DNA of 64,000 nucleotides from an uncultured delta proteobacterium (GTDB taxonomy: Bacteria > Desulfobacterota > Desulfobaccia > Desulfobaccales > 0-14-0-80-60-11). Positions within the stretch are counted from its first letter, which is position 1. Every line of letters starts with the position of its first letter. The notes beneath the pieces were generated by a model. The model did not search any database and was not told the DNA's origin. It worked only from the letters and a program-made list of their open reading frames with translations. Position numbers and translations under genes: made by a program. The DNA is taken from the NCBI GenBank assembly GCA_963841475.1, contig CAWJCT010000002.1, forward strand, positions 232,766-296,765, read 5' to 3'. This document shows positions 63,225-64,000 of the stretch, piece after piece.

Positions 63225-64000
63225 TTATCCATAATCTGGAAGTGCAATGTTATCGGCGAGATCCCGACCGACGGTAATATCTGCAATCCAGGGGATTGCC
63301 ATAAGATTGAAAATCCTATTCCTAAGGAATAGCGCTAACTTTGATCTCGGTGCAAAGGCACCGGCAAAACGCAGGGCAGCTTTCTGCTTGTTGAGAACGA
63401 ACGGGCCAAATAGTTGCTGATACCGCGCCAAGGCCAGAGTATGATCGCCTTTGGCACGGTGAAGTTCACCAGCGAGGATATATGCTGCCACTATCGCCAA
63501 ACTCGAGCCCTGCCCGGCCACCAGCGATACGCAGGAAGCCGCGTCACCAAGCAACGTTACCCGTCCCCGGGACCAAAGTCCCTGCTGCGGAGGCATCCGT
63601 ATTTGGCTTACCCTATCAAAATAGAGGTCATCTACTGCATCGAGCGCTTCCAGAATCTGCGGACATTCCCAGCCGCTCTTGCTGAAGCGCTTTCTCAAGA
63701 GGTCCTTTTGGGAATGAACATCCTCCGGACCTGCAGGATTATCATCGGCGTACACAAAAAGAAACATGGTGCGGTCCCCACGCATGGAAAACCTGGCTAC
63801 TTGCTGACCCACTTGCGTGTACATCACATAAACAAGTTCATCTCTTAGTCTATAGCCTTGGACTTCAAAGGCTGCGACTTTGTAGCCCAGATACTTCTCA
63901 AATTGCTTTTGCGGGCCAAAAACGAGTTCGCGGACACGCGAATGGAGCCCATCTGCGCCAACAACAAGATCGAAATCTCTTGTGCCGCCGCCTTGGAAAT
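63225..64000 (-). CDS. FAD-dependent monooxygenase (UbiH/PheA-TfdB-type), 5' end beyond the window
   Basis: DLVVGADGLHSRVR (my translation upstream of ORF 63225-63827), then RVTLLGDAASCVSLVAGQGSSLAIVAAYILAGEL. Confidence 0.75.
   Translation of the reverse strand, partial: FQGGGTRDFDLVVGADGLHSRVRELVFGPQKQFEKYLGYKVAAFEVQGYRLRDELVYVMYTQVGQQVARFSMRGDRTMFLFVYADDNPAGPEDVHSQKDLLRKRFSKSGWECPQILEALDAVDDLYFDRVSQIRMPPQQGLWSRGRVTLLGDAASCVSLVAGQGSSLAIVAAYILAGELHRAKGDHTLALARYQQLFGPFVLNKQKAALRFAGAFAPRSKLALFLRNRIFNLMAIPWIADITVGRDLADNIALPDYG

Noticed and set aside
1-64000. CRISPR arrays or other regularly spaced short repeats
   Set aside because: None seen. The repeats present are palindromic REP/MITE-like elements at irregular positions, not repeat-spacer arrays, and no cas genes are present.

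Overview
GC-rich (roughly 60-65% by eye, not computed) bacterial chromosome segment. The host is probably an anaerobe of the Desulfobacterota/deltaproteobacterial type, inferred from the HdrA-MvhD-MetV-MetF cluster, Sdh/Frd genes and sigma-54/PAS regulators. (1) Positions 1 to ~23.5 kb hold a phage structural cluster, entirely on the minus strand. It has a Mu-like head module (gp27/TerS-like, TerL, DUF935 portal, gpI/Z protease-scaffold, gpT capsid, gp36, gp37) and a siphovirus-type tail (major tail, G/GT chaperone, short tape measure, hub, very large fibre proteins, holin-like gene at the left edge). No integrase, transposase, normal-sized repressor or replication genes are present, and the cluster stops ~1.1 kb from ftsH. 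(2) Positions 24.7-37.6 kb are core genes: ftsH-folP-cdaA-cdaR, uppP, sdhCAB, a CDF transporter and a CoA-disulfide-reductase/rhodanese gene. (3) Positions 37.9-44.7 kb are a MacAB/DevCBA-like ABC efflux operon with three FtsX-type permeases and an embedded nucleoside phosphorylase. (4) Positions 46-48.7 kb carry a SIMPL gene, a NifU-like gene, tRNA-Ala(CGC) and ~1.35 kb of decayed, ORF-poor DNA. (5) Positions 48.7-61.7 kb are a redox/C1 locus: HdrD-like, two PAS histidine kinases, a response regulator, metF, metV, mvhD, tandem hdrA, a second metF, a Cys-less TusA-like gene and a sigma-54 activator. (6) Positions 61.8-64 kb hold orphan cyoD-cyoE with a 14-codon cyoC stub, plus a FAD monooxygenase. 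Dozens of conserved genes, including essential ftsH and folP, are broken by single-base frameshifts, often at G/C runs, so most 'pseudogenes' here are probably assembly indels. Gene ends are therefore approximate. My best candidates for something new are all in the phage cluster: a structural-only, GTA-like layout; a lipoprotein/C1-peptidase/mini-TM insert where Mu F normally sits; and a fibre cassette at the head-neck position. None can be proven from sequence alone.
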